This document shows positions 61,668-64,000 of a stretch of 64,000 nucleotides of DNA, one piece after another. Source of the stretch: a virus; IMG/VR virus record IMGVR_UViG_3300036773_000146, positions 1-64,000 of that record; one strand, 5' to 3'. Made by a program: the position numbers and the translations under genes. Position 1 is the first letter of the stretch; the number at the start of each line of letters is the position of its first letter. The notes below the pieces were generated by a model. It was not told the origin of the DNA and did no database searches. It was given only the letters and a program-made list of their open reading frames with translations.

Positions 61668-63566
61668 TCAGCCCTCCCACGTGCACAAGCCCGTGTGCGG
61701 ATGACCGGTCCCCCGGCAGTCCCAGCAGAGACCGCCGGTGGACTCGTCCCAGACGTCGCCGCCGGTGCCGTGGCACCTGTCGCAGCAAGGAGGGATGGAC
61801 CGCAGCAACTGCATGGCCTGCTCGACGACCTGGCCGCCGAGGAAACCGGCGACGAGCACGAGAGCCTCCAAGAAGGGCACGGTGATCATCAGCTCTCCTG
61901 GTCCAGGCAGAACAGCTGCCAGTCGCGGTCCGGGTGCTCATCCTCGAAGCGCAGCGCGGCGTCGGTGATGGCACCGATCAGCTTCCCGAAGAGCTTCTCC
62001 GGGAAGCCCTCGGGCGTGGTCACGGTGATGTGCGGGGTGCCCTGCGGGCCCTTGCCGTATTTCACTGGAACGTCCACCACCCGTCGAAGCACGGGGGGAC
62101 CGCTGGGAAGTTCTCCAGCATCGGGCGCAGGATCTCCAGGTGGGTCTGCACGATCTCCGGCACCTCCTCGCCCCAGTACCCGGTGCCGTCCCAGCGGGCC
62201 ACGGCGGCACCGCCGTACCGGCCGTCGTCCATCTGCTCCATCGCGTGCAGGCCGTCGCGGGGGATCTCGTCCACGAGGGCCGACAGCGACCCGGCCACGG
62301 ACACCGGGGCGTTCTTGCGGCCCCGGAACCAGAGGGCCTGCACCGTGCACCGGTAGAAGTCCGGCCGGTGCACGGTGGTGTGCGTGGTGATGTGCAGCGA
62401 GCCGAGGTCCACAGCATAGGGTCGGTGGCTGAACACGAACTTGTCCTCGCGGATCATGACTCGTCCCCCACGGCCTCGGCGGCCACCGGCGGCTTCCGGC
62501 ATGCCCACTTCTCCCGCACGATGTCCTGGATGCGCGCGAGCATCGTCGTCGGCAGGGCCGGGCCCGCGTGCCGGAAGTCCTCCAGCGCCGTGTCGATCCG
62601 GTCGAGCCGGTTGCTGGCATCGTGGTACAGGCTGGCCGCGTTCAGGTGGACGCGCAGGTGCGCCATCACGAAACTGTGGCTCGTGCCGGGCCGCATTCCC
62701 ATCTCCGTGATGATCTCGGCCAGTCGCGCCTCCGCCACGGCCAGACGCTCGGCATCCACATCCGGGGCCGGGCGGTGCTGGCCGAAAAGCGGGACCATCC
62801 CCTCGGGCAGCTCGGCCGTCTCGATCCCGACGCCGTCACGGTCATCCTCGGCTCGCTCCCAGGCCTCCCACCAGTCGTTGACGTGGTCGTACACGTAGAC
62901 GTAGTCGGTCGACGGCGCGAAGAGCACGCGGTCCTCGGTCATGATCCGCTCCTGAGGTCGGTTTCGGCGCGCTCGTACTCGGTGCCATCCGGAGTGGTGC
63001 AATCCACGACGGCATACATCCGCTCGCCGTCCTCGGTCGCGATCCAGGTGTCCACGGCCTGGCCGTCGACCTCCTGGCCGTAGGAGTTCCGGAAGATCAC
63101 GGTGTCCTTGTAGAGCGTGAACCGCTGCGCTTGCTCGCTCATCAGCGCTCCTCGGGAAGGCCGTGTTCCGGCTCGACATCGGCGAGCCGGTAGCCGGTAC
63201 GGATCGGACGGAACCGGGCGATCTTGATCGTGCCCGAGTGGGCGGCCAGGACACCGCCGGGCTCGTCGTACCAGGTGGTCACCAGGGCGACGTTGTACTG
63301 CGGCACGTCGTCGGGGCGCAGGCCGTCCACCCGGACGTAGCGGGTCGCGCGATTGCGCGGGTCGTTGTCGATCCACAGCTGGCCGGGTTCGGGCCGGAAG
63401 TAGACCATCAGTGCACCGCCCAGCTCGTGCCGTGCACGACGAGGTTCCGCAGGGAGCGGGTGACGCCGTCAAGGGTGTAGTGGCCGGTACGGTTGTCCGT
63501 GCGGTGCCTGCCCATGGTCGGGGGCGTGGCCCACAACCGGGTGGCGAGACCGAGCAGCTTGGTCAT
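61668..63566 (-). other. Operon of small hypothetical genes (61668-61889, 62062-62457, 62454-62942, 62939-63142, 63142-63408, 63408-63566)
   Basis: Coupled ORFs. Confidence 0.6.
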
Positions 63567-63621
63567 GAGAGTCCTTCGGGTAGAGGAAGGCCCCCGGCCG
63601 GTGAGGGCCGGGGGTCGTGGA

Positions 63622-63882
63622 TCAGGCGCGAGCCCGGGAGAGGGCGCGCCGCTCGTCTTCGGTGAAGCCGCCGAAGACACCGTCGTCGAGACCGTTGTCG
63701 AGTGCGAACGCCAGGCATTCCTCGCGCACCGGGCAGCGCGCGCAGACGGCCTTGGCCTCGGCGATCTGCCGCTCGGCCGGACCGACCTCGGAGATCGGGA
63801 AGAACAGCTCGCCGTCCTCCCACTGGCAGGCGGCGTCCTGCATCCAGCGCACCTGGCGCATGTCGAACTCGAACGTGAACAC
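63622..63882 (-). CDS. whiB: WhiB-family Fe-S transcription factor
   Basis: W...AAC...D.ELFFP...AKAVCARCPVREECL..AL....GVFGG.TE.ERR. Confidence 0.95.
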   Translation of the reverse strand: MFTFEFDMRQVRWMQDAACQWEDGELFFPISEVGPAERQIAEAKAVCARCPVREECLAFALDNGLDDGVFGGFTEDERRALSRARA

Positions 63883-63920
63883 GATGTCGCCTCCGGTGCG
63901 GCTTGAGTGCTTGCCTGTTT

Positions 63921-63950
63921 AGGCTACCTGATCGGGTAGGGTCAGCACAA
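63921..63950 (-). promoter_or_regulatory. Palindrome-containing promoter upstream of whiB
   Basis: TTGTGC-N18-TAGCCT; core CTACCTGATCGGGTAG; start motif at 63890-63901. Confidence 0.75.
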
Positions 63951-64000
63951 GTCTCATTTACGACGGCGCAGGGCTACTACCCAGCCCCATACATAGCCGC

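Noticed and set aside
10740-63901. CCGCACC as an extended pairing partner of 16S rRNA helix 45 (GGUGCGG)
   Set aside because: The complement exists, but its order relative to the SD is reversed for colinear pairing, and the last position varies (C/T/A). It is kept only as a curiosity.
11721-63950. Repeated palindrome read as a CRISPR array or integron cassette array
   Set aside because: The copies are dispersed at irregular kilobase spacing, fit promoter geometry, and no cas gene or integron integrase is present in the window.

Overview
This is a 64 kb segment of a large, GC-rich actinobacterial phage or phage-like element, almost entirely encoded on the minus strand. WhiB, an RNase AS-like exonuclease and an actinomycete TraB-like gene point to an actinomycete host. 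Positions 1-9.9 kb hold a probable head module: a portal-like protein, a LAGLIDADG-intein-interrupted Zn-finger protein and several large low-complexity proteins. Positions 10-64 kb hold roughly 100 small genes of the early or accessory type. Recognisable ones are a LuxR/NarL HTH, an MmcB-like nuclease, a DEDDh exoribonuclease, a DUF1524 HNH lipoprotein, two HEXXH M41-like peptidases, a secreted beta-helix protein, an Ltp superinfection-exclusion protein, a cupin, a ParB-like protein, DUF6221, LPD29, DUF2786, a YdjM-like hydrolase and WhiB. Three features stand out. (i) About 26 copies of a sigma70-type promoter carry a 16-bp palindrome (CTACCCGATCGGGTAG) over the spacer and -10 box. In 8 copies the palindrome extends into 30-32 bp inverted repeats with compensatory changes. 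About 28 copies of a start-associated CCGCACNGGAGG motif accompany them. (ii) A tRNA/ncRNA operon at 15.5-16.6 kb has structured RNAs between its three tRNAs, and a separate candidate sRNA lies at 20.2-20.3 kb. (iii) A plus-strand operon of two membrane proteins and an FtsK/TraB ATPase resembles an actinomycete conjugative spread module. All family calls come from manual motif recognition; no database searches were run.
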